From: Macrostomum hystrix
Lineage: Eukaryota; Animalia; Platyhelminthes
NCBI GenBank assembly: GCA_950097015.1
Contig: CATNEN010000007.1
Span: 13,441,969 to 13,505,968, forward strand
Direction of reading: 5' to 3'
DNA length: 64,000 bases
Both the position numbers and the translations under genes were made by a program. Each line of letters opens with the position of its first letter. Position 1 is the stretch's first letter. This document shows positions 35,062 through 46,314 of this stretch, in pieces. A model generated the notes under the pieces. That model searched no databases, was not told the origin of the DNA, and worked only from the letters and a program-made list of their open reading frames with translations.

Positions 35062-35745
35062 CTAAACATCTCTCTGATAATTTTCGAGCAGACTTAAATC
35101 TTCGAGGTTCACCTCAGGTTCCTCAGCAATAGCAGTCTCAAACTCCTTTCGCACATGACGACCGACTTGGCTAGCTGTAACGCCTCGTTTTCGAAGAAAT
35201 TCAAGGAAATGTTGAAGACCGATTGGAGGTTCTTTTTCGTTTCGCTTTAGCGGTTTATCACGAACAATATATTCCATTAAATATTGAATTTCATTTTCAG
35301 ATAAATCTTCGGGTAGAGGTTCCAACGATGAATCGTTTGAGAATAGATTTTTAGCGAGTCTATCCAGCCGAGAGCGGAAAGCCTTAGGAATTTGCATTCG
35401 ATCTTGCATTTCGAATTGACTTGAAAAACTTTCGCGAACAGGTGCTGGTCTTTCCACTCCAGTGTGGTAGACTCTACGTGACTTTAACAATTTACTCTCC
35501 AAGTCAGATCTTTTCAGTTGAGCTGTAGAGGAGGGCTGCTTTTCAATTACATCATCTAGAGCATCAATTTCTTCTCGCATTGAAACTATATTCTTTGCTA
35601 GTACATCTCGCGGTGTCTCCAGAGCATCTGTTTTACGTACTAAGCTGCTTGATAGTATTTCGTCCTGTCTCTGTTGCATTGATTGATACATGCTTTCAGG
35701 AATCAGAAACATTCGCTGTAGTTCATTCGCATTTCGAGACTGCAT
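35062..35745 (-). CDS. Maverick hypothetical protein
   Basis: 227 aa ORF tightly packed between core genes; RMFLIPE..Y N-terminus. Confidence 0.7.
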   Translation of the reverse strand: MQSRNANELQRMFLIPESMYQSMQQRQDEILSSSLVRKTDALETPRDVLAKNIVSMREEIDALDDVIEKQPSSTAQLKRSDLESKLLKSRRVYHTGVERPAPVRESFSSQFEMQDRMQIPKAFRSRLDRLAKNLFSNDSSLEPLPEDLSENEIQYLMEYIVRDKPLKRNEKEPPIGLQHFLEFLRKRGVTASQVGRHVRKEFETAIAEEPEVNLEDLSLLENYQRDV

Positions 35746-35747
35746 GT

Positions 35748-36179
35748 TTAGTTTTTTCGCTGAATTGCTCTAACTAAGTTTGCTGCACCGGCGGCAGTTC
35801 CAACAACACCAGAAGTAATTCCTAACGCTGTGCCTATAGCAGGTAGAGCGGCAATGATAGGAGCCAAGAACGGTAAAAACCCACCGTGCTGTACAAGGAT
35901 TCTTCTTTTTTCACCAAGTGGAGTCTCTCTTTTTAATAGCTTTTTGATATACTTGCTATGTTTCTCAAGCCGGGTCTTGTTGCAGGAACTCACTTGAACA
36001 CGTCCGTTGACAATGTTTAGCAGAAACTCCACTAGACAGCGAATCTCTGCTTCTGTTAGAGTTTTCAAAAAGCTTTTTCGATGTTTTGGATTTCTCAGAC
36101 GGCTTACAGCTTGTAAAACAAATGCACACTGAGATAGCGACTGAGCACTTCGCTTTATGTTTTCAGTAATGTTAGTCAT
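35748..36179 (-). CDS. Maverick small virion protein with a QxGG-hydrophobic tail
   Basis: CLVEFLLNIVNG...KRRILVQHGGFLPFLAPII. Confidence 0.75.
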   Translation of the reverse strand: MTNITENIKRSAQSLSQCAFVLQAVSRLRNPKHRKSFLKTLTEAEIRCLVEFLLNIVNGRVQVSSCNKTRLEKHSKYIKKLLKRETPLGEKRRILVQHGGFLPFLAPIIAALPAIGTALGITSGVVGTAAGAANLVRAIQRKN

Positions 36180-36216
36180 GGCAAGAAATGAGCTTCTTTT
36201 AGAAATTCACATTTGC

Positions 36217-37212
36217 TTATATACCATCAGACCGCAGACGAAAATGAAGCACGACAACTACATGCGCATCCGAATGAAAATTGAATTCCTGTCCACGCTG
36301 ATCCGAAAGGCGAATACCAATCTCACTTATTCGCTGACGATTGGTTTTTAGGTAATATGGCTTTTGGAATGTGCTGCTTTCGCGAGTAAGTTCGCCGTCC
36401 TTCTTTTGCTGAAGTTCCACTACACGGAGTAATTGGACAGCAGTGCTTCCAACAGCCTTATGTTCGATTATATCGGTATAGCAGTACATGTAAACTGTTT
36501 TTAATGAAATTGGACGGGTCAAATTACTATCCAAGTAGGTCTTTTTGAAACACCACAATCGTCTAGCTCGCCAATATCGGAGCATATGAAATATCGCATT
36601 ATCATCACTAGTACTTATCAGTTCGACATCGTCTGAAACAAGTCGCATTGCCTGGCCAGGAAGAAGAATAAAATAGAATGTAAAAAATTGATCCGAAGGA
36701 ATTACCAGAGACTTTATGGAATTCTTAATAAGATCTTTATAATTCCCATCTGCCGGTTGAAAACTTGCGTTTGTAGGCTCCGTTGAAAGGTCAGACGTTA
36801 TTATCTTCCAAGAGTTGAACTGATAGCTATCCATAAATGCGGCGGGTAGCTCAATTCCAAGCGCTTTTTCGCCAGCATTGCGCAGAAACCATGAAAACCT
36901 TTCTATTGATCCAGCAGCTCGCCAAGAAACGTAGGCTTCCAAATCAGCCTCAGCCCAAATACGTTTCCAAATAGGAACAGACGATGCAAAAATTGGTTCA
37001 ACATTAGCATAGTATGGAACTTCAAATTGTCTTTCTCGATGAGCATTCGGTGTTGTATTTGCTCCACGACAGAGTAACTCTACTAGAGCAACTTCGTACA
37101 AACCAGCTGACAAGTTGAGTGGCTCAGCCAATCTTATTCGAAAATAATTCGGAGAATTATCTGAATAGCTAGTATCGTTCGAAGGTAATGTTACGTAGAA
37201 GCTCATTTTCAA
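36217..37212 (-). CDS. minor capsid (penton) protein
   Basis: FYVTLPSN...N....FRIRL..PL.L...YEVALVE; YCYTDII...VG.....LLRVV; C-terminal VVLHFR. Confidence 0.9.
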   Translation of the reverse strand: MKMSFYVTLPSNDTSYSDNSPNYFRIRLAEPLNLSAGLYEVALVELLCRGANTTPNAHRERQFEVPYYANVEPIFASSVPIWKRIWAEADLEAYVSWRAAGSIERFSWFLRNAGEKALGIELPAAFMDSYQFNSWKIITSDLSTEPTNASFQPADGNYKDLIKNSIKSLVIPSDQFFTFYFILLPGQAMRLVSDDVELISTSDDNAIFHMLRYWRARRLWCFKKTYLDSNLTRPISLKTVYMYCYTDIIEHKAVGSTAVQLLRVVELQQKKDGELTRESSTFQKPYYLKTNRQRISEIGIRLSDQRGQEFNFHSDAHVVVVLHFRLRSDGI

Positions 37213-37252
37213 AAATATGTTTATGCGCGAAAATATTAATCAAGCGTACAAA

Positions 37253-37957
37253 TCAAAAATCGCTTATAGCGTTTGAAACACCTGCTTCGGAAGAACGTAT
37301 GTATACAATATGACAATCGCCAGGAAAAATACCTGTGCGAAGTCGTAAAAAATCTGGCGTTTTTTGACGCAAATCGATGAACAAATAGGAGTATGGCTTA
37401 TTATTTGTTACATCTTCATATACATTTACTAAAAACCGACTATTGCGTGGAAACATTTGCCGAGCTAGATGCTCAACTGATGCACGATCTCGAACACTAC
37501 GAGTTAGGCAAATATAACTAGCTGATAAACTTCGCGTACGCGCCTCAGGATCTGATCGATTAAAGAGGTTCTGACAAATATAAAGACACGTGAGTGGTGT
37601 ATGATGGGCAAGCTTTGTAAACAGGCTAGTAAACTCAGCAGACTTCGTCACTTCACTTTGCAGGTCATCAACGACAACTAGATCGTTTGGCTTAAACCGA
37701 GAAGCCAGTTGAGCTGGAAATCCATTTACGAAATGAAGAGGTTCATCTCCAGATTTATTCCAACACTTGATTATTCGTTGCTGATCGTCGGAAGTTAGGT
37801 TTGTACCATGACACCAAAGAAGACGCTGAGGTTTCTTATCAAATAGCTTATCTCGTTCACTTAGCAATCTAAGTGTCCATTCAGTTTTTCCAGAGTTAGA
37901 CGGGCCCGCAATAATGAATGATGAATCGTGAGCCAACTGCATGTTGAAAATTTCCAT
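37253..37957 (-). CDS. A32/FtsK-HerA-like packaging ATPase
   Basis: Walker A GPSNSGKT, Walker B VVVDD, ICQNLF, PYSYLFID. Confidence 0.95.
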   Translation of the reverse strand: MEIFNMQLAHDSSFIIAGPSNSGKTEWTLRLLSERDKLFDKKPQRLLWCHGTNLTSDDQQRIIKCWNKSGDEPLHFVNGFPAQLASRFKPNDLVVVDDLQSEVTKSAEFTSLFTKLAHHTPLTCLYICQNLFNRSDPEARTRSLSASYICLTRSVRDRASVEHLARQMFPRNSRFLVNVYEDVTNNKPYSYLFIDLRQKTPDFLRLRTGIFPGDCHIVYIRSSEAGVSNAISDF

Positions 37958-37959
37958 TT

Positions 37960-38376
37960 CTAAGCACCAAAGCGTTGCTTCACCTGCATAACTTTAGTTA
38001 CAAGTTTGGCAGCTAGTTTCTCACTCCAACTTGTGGACGGATCGTTAGCAATTTCACGTGCTCCTGATTCTAGCACCTGGTCAGCCTTTAATCTTTCTTG
38101 AACGTCAGAATGTTGATCGTACGCTATGTCGTGAAGCATGCACAGATTATCAAGTCTATTTTTACCTCGTTGACCCTTTGTAAGTCTCTCTTGTAACTTC
38201 GTTCCTGGACCGCAAAACTGATATCCGCCAGGTAAATGTGCCTCAAACGGCAAATGATTGATTAACCAGTTCAGTACGCCGAAACCTCGCTGCTTCTTAA
38301 TCGAGTTACTTGATCTCTTGATTTGAAATGATGACTTTCTTAAACTCTTAGCTGATCTTTTCTTACTACGTGCCAT
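37960..38376 (-). CDS. parvovirus-VP1u-like phospholipase A2 domain protein
   Basis: HLPGGYQFCGPGT...LDNLCMLHDIAY...R..AD. Confidence 0.88.
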   Translation of the reverse strand: MARSKKRSAKSLRKSSFQIKRSSNSIKKQRGFGVLNWLINHLPFEAHLPGGYQFCGPGTKLQERLTKGQRGKNRLDNLCMLHDIAYDQHSDVQERLKADQVLESGAREIANDPSTSWSEKLAAKLVTKVMQVKQRFGA

Positions 38377-38511
38377 TCTGGAGATTTTAAATTACCAACA
38401 AATTCCGAATTAGCTTATAGTGTATTAACAAAAACAAGAAAAAGAACAAGATTAACATCAAGAATATAATAATTGGAGACAAAAATATGATTAGTGTCAT
38501 TATTCGCAGCG

Positions 38512-38970
38512 CTAAAAGTTGTCAGTGCTACCAAACCCACCATACTTGCGCTTGAGTGACGGTTCAGTCATGTGACAGACTGACTCATCCTCTAAAACTA
38601 AAACAGGTACAATGCTTGCTTTCTCTAAAATTAGTTGAGCAATGCGCAGTCCGGGGTAAAAATTAAAGTCATTTGGACTGTGATTGTACAACACAACCAT
38701 TATTTCGCCCGTGTAATCCGGATCAATTACACCACCTTCAACAGTGATGCCTCTTGTGCTGAGGCTGGAGCGCGTAGCGATTCTCCCGTAGGTATCCTTT
38801 GGTACTTGAATCGATACGCCTGTTCGAATCGTTAGGCGATCGTAGCCTCCAACACTTCCCTCGACAGCAGCAGTCAGATCATAGCCAACTGAGCCTTCAG
38901 TTTTGCGAACTGGAACATTAGCTGTTGGCAGAAGAAGCCTCACACGCAGGACGTTGCTATCAGTTGCCAT
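38512..38970 (-). CDS. dut: trimeric dUTPase
   Basis: All five motifs: GYDL, GRIATRSS, GVIDPDYTGEI, RIAQLI, R..GGFGST. Confidence 0.96.
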   Translation of the reverse strand: MATDSNVLRVRLLLPTANVPVRKTEGSVGYDLTAAVEGSVGGYDRLTIRTGVSIQVPKDTYGRIATRSSLSTRGITVEGGVIDPDYTGEIMVVLYNHSPNDFNFYPGLRIAQLILEKASIVPVLVLEDESVCHMTEPSLKRKYGGFGSTDNF

Positions 38971-39310
38971 TGTAGAACTTTAGAGCTGAGGGGAAAATGG
39001 TTGTTAGCGTTTTACAAAGTAGTATAATTAAATCCTGATTATATTCTATTTGTTATCTCCAAAAACTTGCTAGTGATTGCGATATACCTAAGCTAAGTAC
39101 TACAAAAATTAACTAAAGATAAATACACAAACTTGGATTATATAAATACTTATAATGTCACCAATATAATTACAACATTCAAATGTAATCATAATTTGAT
39201 CAATGTCTATATTGACAAGAATGAAATACAAATCACAAAAAGGAAAAATCATTTGATATGATTAAAGCGAAAGTCAACATTGGGTGATGTAATTACAGCA
39301 ATCAATATAA

Positions 39311-42300
39311 TTACAAACGCCAATGACCAAATGGCAGCGAACTATAGTCGTTAATCCACGCGCGCTTAGTATAAAAAAACTCAAGGCCAATTTGCGTTGC
39401 TGCAGTAGAAACACGCGTTGTTTGCGGGATCTGATGCTTTGCATTCGTGCAAACATGACTTGGCGCTTGTGTAGAACTCTTAGATAATCCGTGTGGCGAA
39501 TGTTTTGAGCAACAGTTTTGCAGACACCCTTGCATCGCGAAATTTGTGTAATACTCTCGCCAGTAACCAAGAAGGAATAGTTCTTTGGTCGAAGAAAAGC
39601 TAGCTCCAAAGGCACACGTCCCTTGAACTCATCCTTCCAGGCTAGCAGTCTACCCTTGTTGACTGTAGAGTGTAATGGATGCGATGGTGGATAGTTGCTA
39701 GTATCCAAGAGACCTTGTTCAGCCAAGTCTTTAAACAGCGTCTCGTACGGTGTCTCATTGTTTCGTCGCATTACAAGAGCTAACATTAGACTATCCGTAT
39801 CACCGCCGAGAACGCGCGCACTGGCTAGTGATCGATGCGATTGAACATGATTGTAAAAAAACTCATAAACTAGAGTTTTTGCAATGTCCAAAATTGCAGC
39901 TCCTATAATAATTGGCTTGTCCAACATTACACGCTTTGATGCAAGGGAGACTCCAGCAAGGCTTTCTGTATAAACAATAGCATCCAGAAAGTTGGTGCTT
40001 CCAATATAGCACTCAAACCGTTCTGCAAGTGAACACATTCTGTAAATGAGACGATCGCGAACTCGTTGCAGAAACTTGCCAAAGAGAGCATTATTTAGCA
40101 GCTTGAAAAACTCTCTCTCAAACTCTGTCTTAGCTGCTTTTCGTTGATCAATATTGCGCTCAATGTAGGTTTTTAAAATGGCCAGCTCGGTAAAGCGAAT
40201 CACACGATGAACACGCGTCACGCGCATACCTAACTCTAGGTAAAATCTAAGAGCTCGATGGTGGACAACATAGTTCAACTTGTGCTGCACTGATCCAATC
40301 AACTTTCGCGTAGGGCTCTTGAATGGTTTTACGTCCTCATAGCATGTTGCATTCTTATATCGCTCAGGATTAAGTTCACGTTGAAGACTAAACCAGTCTG
40401 CCTTCATCTGATCTGTTAGTCGCTCTTCGGCAATCATTTCGTGTGCAATGGCTAGGGGCAAATCAGCAGTACTGTCATGTAGAAAATGCGGATAATACAA
40501 ATCAACTGTAAGCATGGCTCCTTGGTCCTCTTTGCAATAGTTTACCAACCAGTTCAATAATCGGCTCTTTACAGTCGGATTCTCAAAATAGTCTGCCGAA
40601 GGACTGTCAAACGGAATCGCTGACAAGTCGCTACGTGACAACCAAGCAAAGTCACCAACTGGCAGCGGTTGAATCATGCAGCTCGAATACAATGAGTTAG
40701 CATCCAAGTAGGCCAAATAAGTATCTCTAGGCGCATTCTGTCGCATGTTGGAAAAATCTGCTTCAGTCTGATCTAAGATCCTTCTGCATTCTTCGACACA
40801 CGGATTGTTTGCCGTTGTTATGTGTCGTGTTCCAAAGCTGAAACCGCCTCGAATCGAATGCTCAACTTCAGCATACATGCTAGCATCGGTAAATAATTGA
40901 ATCGGTCGATCAATCTGTCGCAAACATGCTACCAAGCTAAACATTGGAGCACCCAAAAAGTGACTAGGATCAAGACCATACTCTCGCTGTGCTGTCTGAC
41001 GAAAGTTTTCAAAGACATCGCACAAGAGCAAAACATCAAGTTGAAGATAGGCGGTTGTATAATCTCTAAGGTTTTTGCAGTCAAACTCGAACCATGCCGC
41101 ATGAGCTCGCTCATAGTCCACATCTAAACAATCGGACATCGTAAGCTTGTTGAAAAAGCATGCCTTGGGTGGAAGACTTGTCACACTATCCAGCTTTTCC
41201 TCACAGTCTAGAAACGAATAGGGATAGACACCCTTTTGACGAAGAGTTGAAAACTTCAACCTCGGGTATGCATTCATTAGTTCTCGTGTGTGTACCAGCT
41301 GTTCTGGAAGAAGACGATCTGCCAATGTTGACAAGCTTGTTGACAAGTAGGCAAACGTGTCTTTGAAGCAAATTTCAAACTTGTGAGTCTGATCAGCTGC
41401 CTTTACACGAAACTTAAGTGAAAATGTCTTGAATCGCTCGCGATTCTCCGGTAGCACATGAAGTTGAACCTTGGATCCAGAAAAAACTTCATAAATTTCT
41501 CGCACTAGAAACTTGCCATCATACGAGGCTAAGTTATGAAAATAAACAATGAGACGATAGCGCCTAAGAGTCAACTTCCTGTTGCAAGAGACACACAGCA
41601 CGCCACGTGGAAGACCTGTCAAGTGACAATGATCAAGTACCTTCTTTTCATCCTCTTCAAATGATTTCTTGCACAATCGACACGCTGCAATCTCTGCCTT
41701 GGACTTGCTTAGATGTAAATACTTGCGCAAAAGTGGAGTGTAGGATTCACTTTGTGTATGTAGACAAATTTCGCTAGCAATCGTTTCAAGTCGCCGCAAA
41801 AATTGTCTAACACAATTCTCACCATTTGGCGGTGTGTAAATCACCTCACACGGTTTCTCTCTGCTCATGCCAACAGCTGCCTTTAGGCGAGGCGTCAATT
41901 TCAGTTCTGGACAAGTTACTAGTCGATAGGCTAAACAAATCGGTTCATGCACCTCAAGCACATTACCCGCCTGATGCTTGTCTGGCGGCGCGCAAAGACA
42001 CTCCATATCAGCATACATGACATACAGTGACGGTAGCTGAGCTTCAAAACTCTTGAATTTGACGTGTGCATCCTCTTCTCGTGGCATTCTTTCTACTGGC
42101 TTATACTTTGTCTCGCGAATCTGTGGTACAACATCTGAAGTCCACTCTTCGATGGCAGTGGACTTTTCATTATTATTATTTACACAAGAATGCACATTTA
42201 AAATATAATCCCAAGAAGTGATGCATGGAAAAGAAACTAGGCAGTCGGGACAAAACCTCCGTTGTTTGCTGCGTGTACTCATTAAACGATTCAAATTCTT

Positions 42301-43449
42301 GACTGGCATGTAATGACCCAACGCAAATTGTCCGTAACGCGGTACAAACAAGCAATTGGCAAAATACCTATCACCTTCACTGTTGCTTCGATGTGAAAAG
42401 AAGAGAGTATTAGTCTTTTCTTCATGATTCCAGACAAAGACACGGAGACTAAGCTTAGGATTCTTGCGGCAAAACTTTCTATACGATGATTTGGAATGCC
42501 TAGCTGGTCCATTTGCGAATCGGCCAAAGTTGAACTCTCCCTGCCACTGCGCATAGCTCGACTTTTTACTTGGGTTCGTTGTGTAAGGATGAAACACACT
42601 CGCGATAATAGCCCAACGAAAACAATCCAACTGATTAGCTCTGTGCGGCTTCAAGTACAAGACTGCACCTGTCTTTCGGCCAATAGAAATCGGTACCTTG
42701 AAGGCTTGTCGTTTCGGGCCGGATCGGGTCGGTTCGGTTCGGAACGGGTCGCCACGCGCGCGCCCGCCCGCCCGCCCGCCCGCCGCCCTCGCGGCGGGCC
42801 CCCCGCCGGCTCCTCCGCCACCTCCAAGCTCGGTTGAATTGATTAATCGAGCTCTGGATTTGCGGTAAATGCATAGCATTAGATCAAGTTGTTCAATGTG
42901 CTCAAATTGCCAGTTACTACCGCGTGTTTGGAAGTTGTCAATTTTTGTTACTAGAGTGGAGATTACGCGCGAAAACCAGTCATTGAATGCGTCTGGTGAT
43001 AGAGTCAAGTCACTATTTGCCATTGTCGTCTCGTCAAATGTTATTGTTGCCATATTGGTGTTAAAGTAGGCAGAAATTGTTTCGATACTCTCACCATCTT
43101 CTGACTTTGGACGAGATAACTTCACTTTCAGATGGACACAGGTTCGCAGCATTAGACCGGCTGAACCAATCTTTTCAAAGAGGTTGTATATCGGTTCTCG
43201 AAGATTGGCAATCAGTTCGCTAGGCAGTCGCTGTTGTTGCTGTGGTCTGAATTCGACAAAGTTGACACGTCCCTTGTGGCTTGATTCGCGTAGCACAACA
43301 GACCAATCATTGGGAGGATTGTTAGTCAGACGGTTAATGGGTGCAGAGAGCAGGTTTTCAGGCGCAAAGCACTCGCCATGCGAGTGTGCATGCAGTTCTG
43401 CCTGACCGCTGAAAACGCGTTGGCAAACATTGCACCTTGCTCGAGGCAT
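39311..43449 (-). CDS. protein-primed family B DNA polymerase with terminal-protein region, vOTU-like and EndoVII-like domains; 1-nt frameshift near the C-terminus
   Basis: Exonuclease YADMEC, FHNLASYD, YLQLDV; polymerase YLDANSLY, KLLNNALFGK, GDTDS; vOTU-like DCFRWAI...GHY; EndoVII-like DHCHLTG..RG..C..CN. Confidence 0.95.
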
Positions 43450-43641
43450 TTGATCATTATGGCTGTAATTAAATGAGTAGGTTAATGGTTAATGAGTGAA
43501 TAGAAAAAAAATTGAAATGTGTAATTGTTTTACAAACTAGGTATATAAGTTTTTTTAAAAAAACGAGAGGAAGGATAATAGATAATTTGTTTTTAAATGA
43601 AAGAAATATTGTTGGTTTAAAGGGTTTATTTGATTAACAGA

Positions 43642-44253
43642 TTAACAGATTGATTGCAGCGCGTGTTTAAGAAGACTGAGCACGAATTGCAAATCTTTTT
43701 CTCCTCGTACACCCATAATGACAAATTTTTTTGAAAAAAATATGTTACAAAAAAGCCTAGGATTAGAAATTGATCGAATTGAAACTGCTTGAGGAAAGTT
43801 TTCAACATCGTATGATATTTTATAGTTTGAGTGATGACCGATCATTGATTTTAGCAGCTGAAAACAGTTATTTGGCCAATAAAAATCATCAATAAAACCT
43901 ACATAGGTACTGGTTTGAAGTCTGATTGAGTCGAAATCTAGTGCGTAAAGGTTATCATTAATAAAGCGTAAAGCACAAATTAATTGCCAATTTGACAAGC
44001 AACCAAATATTGAAATTTTGCCACTCGGATAAAACTGAAGAGTTAGATTGGAAAAGCACGTCTTTAGCATAGTTGGTCTGTTTCGAAATAATTTGCAAGC
44101 ACAACCTTTTGATTGTAAAATTAACTCGATTAGCTTCAAATCGAAATTCTCACATTGCCTAGGATTTAGAAGACTGGCGCTAAATATTAGGAGAACAAGC
44201 CGCTGGAAACAGTAAGGAAGGACTTGTGAAAATGGGCTTTCAGTTTTATCGGC
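43642..44253 (-). CDS. TATA-binding-protein (TBP)-like protein; start uncertain
   Basis: Two TBP-like repeats: FDLKLI...LQFYPSGKISIFG and SYDVENFPQAVSIR...NIFFSKKFVIMG. The frame is open from 44301 but has no ATG before the fold. Confidence 0.7.
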   Translation of the reverse strand, partial: ADKTESPFSQVLPYCFQRLVLLIFSASLLNPRQCENFDLKLIELILQSKGCACKLFRNRPTMLKTCFSNLTLQFYPSGKISIFGCLSNWQLICALRFINDNLYALDFDSIRLQTSTYVGFIDDFYWPNNCFQLLKSMIGHHSNYKISYDVENFPQAVSIRSISNPRLFCNIFFSKKFVIMGVRGEKDLQFVLSLLKHALQSIC

Positions 44254-44377
44254 TAATAAAAAAAATTGGAATAACCGAGTGGCGTGCGAAATAATTAAGA
44301 CCTATACGAGCGTATGGATGGTAAAATAAAAAAAATACAAATAATGAAGTTATTCTGCAAAGAGTCACAATAATGAT

Positions 44378-44875
44378 TTACTCATCTGAAGACAATGAAT
44401 CAGTAGAGTCAGAGTCTGTATCGTCTAAGTTCGACGCCACTCGGTTTCCTTCTTGCGGCGCACTCACCAAAGCCTTGGCTGGTGGCGATTGAATCCAATC
44501 GATATTGTCAGTAGCCGTCTTTGATCGCTTATTTGTCTTGATTGCGGGGCTGGTAACCGGCTTGGAACGTTTCTTCGCAGCAGGCTTCTTGGTTGGTGAT
44601 GGGCTTCGAGCGGGAACGTGGCCTTTCTGCTTGTTGGCTGGGTTTGGTGAAGCGGCTCTGGATGAAGAAGAGCTTCTGTGCTCACCAATCGCAGTCTTGA
44701 TATGCTGATGCACTATACTCAACATGCTGTTATCGGGAGTCGGACGAGTCTCCTTAATCAAAATTATCGAACGCACACACAAGGTTAACCTCCACGTGAT
44801 GCTACCTTTCGGAGAGAAAAGACTCACTCCTTGAAGCGAGACTAGATATTTTCCGCTCACAAACTCTAGTTCCAT
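44378..44875 (-). CDS. Maverick hypothetical protein (basic Ser/Pro-rich region, acidic tail)
   Basis: 165 aa ATG ORF co-oriented with the other Maverick genes. Confidence 0.55.
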   Translation of the reverse strand: MELEFVSGKYLVSLQGVSLFSPKGSITWRLTLCVRSIILIKETRPTPDNSMLSIVHQHIKTAIGEHRSSSSSRAASPNPANKQKGHVPARSPSPTKKPAAKKRSKPVTSPAIKTNKRSKTATDNIDWIQSPPAKALVSAPQEGNRVASNLDDTDSDSTDSLSSDE

Positions 44876-45030
44876 TCAGAGTGGATGCATAATAAACCAT
44901 TAAATGCATAATTTAATTTCGTGTCTTAGTTTTGTTGCTTAGACTCTATAATTTGGCTATAAGAACTATGAGGTAGGTTACTATTGACAAATACAAGCTT
45001 TATGAGGAAATGTAAAACACATAATTATAC

Positions 45031-45333
45031 TCACCGAAGGCAGTCGACTAAATCCTGATCACAACACTCCTTTCTAAACGTTATGCCGATGACATCGCGT
45101 GAGTCATACTTGCTAGCTGTCTCGTATTCCGCTCGCTCGGTGATGCCTCGAAGTAGCTCAACTGGACCGGCGGACTGGAAGATGATCGGGTGCCAGCCCT
45201 TTGCCTCTGGACCTGACTTCCAACCCACCGATCGAAACAGACACGAACCGTTGACTGTCGACTCAATCTCGCCAATGTGGAAGATAGGTCTCATGTTAGG
45301 CTTTAGCAGTGATTCGGCTGCGTAGTAAGACAT
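45031..45333 (-). CDS. Maverick hypothetical protein
   Basis: 100 aa ORF forming a GC-richer island; TATAAATA about 70 bp upstream. Confidence 0.55.
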   Translation of the reverse strand: MSYYAAESLLKPNMRPIFHIGEIESTVNGSCLFRSVGWKSGPEAKGWHPIIFQSAGPVELLRGITERAEYETASKYDSRDVIGITFRKECCDQDLVDCLR

Positions 45334-46314
45334 TCTTGCTGCTAGCTGGTGTAGTGATTAGAAAGCCGAGGAGCTTATGAAAAGACCAAAATTTTGAAAC
45401 TTGTATTTATAGAAGCGAATCGAACACGAATCACCTGCTGATAGTAACTGCACGATGCTTTTATGATAGAAATTAAACTAATTTGTTTACAAGTCAAAGT
45501 CATTAAGGAAATTATAGTCAATTGTTGAAGCTCATCTATTGATAGCAACTGCACGAAGCTTTTTATGTGGAAACTAATTTAATTTGCTATAGGTTAAAAT
45601 GTAATTTGAGTCAACAGTTGAAAGCAATTTTGACGGCACGTAGCAATGATAAGATTTGATTGCATAGGTATAGAGCTTTAATTATTGAATTTCATCATTC
45701 GGTAAACATCACAAGTGAAAAATTTGAATAGTATAAATCTTTGTAGCTAGATTTTCTTGACTTTGAAGGGTTAATTAAATACACGTACTGCCTTAAAAGA
45801 AGCTTGTGGGTTTTCAGTAACATGATATTTTACTAAGTTAGCGAGAACGGTGTGTGGGAGGGAGAACTTAGATCTTAGTTTACTAAATTAATTTTTATAA
45901 TGAACTGAAGCATACTGATTAAGCATATAGTTGTTGACGATAAAATGTTTGATATACTAGTCGAAAACATAATTTTAAATTATACGAGTTTTTTCGATTT
46001 CAGTTTTAAGTCGGTACGTTTATAGTAAACAGATTGGCTTTAGATATACATAGCTAGGTTAAGATATTACGAGCGTTGTTTCGGTATAATTTTAGATAAT
46101 TTAGCAAAATGGTTTCTCAAACACAAAGCTTAGTTTTAAATAATTTATTGACAAGCCACGCTAGAATTACACAACAAGTATGTTTTGAGCAGAAAGAAAA
46201 TCTTTTTTTTTTTTTGTATTGAGGTAAAGCATAAATATATTTACAAACTTTGATAAAATTCAGTTATTGAGGTAATGCAAAATTATAAAAATGTTGATTT
46301 TTGTCATTTCTTAA

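Noticed and set aside
42715-42830. rRNA/ITS fragment as the source of the GC island
   Set aside because: No conserved rRNA core is recognisable and the segment keeps the pPolB frame.
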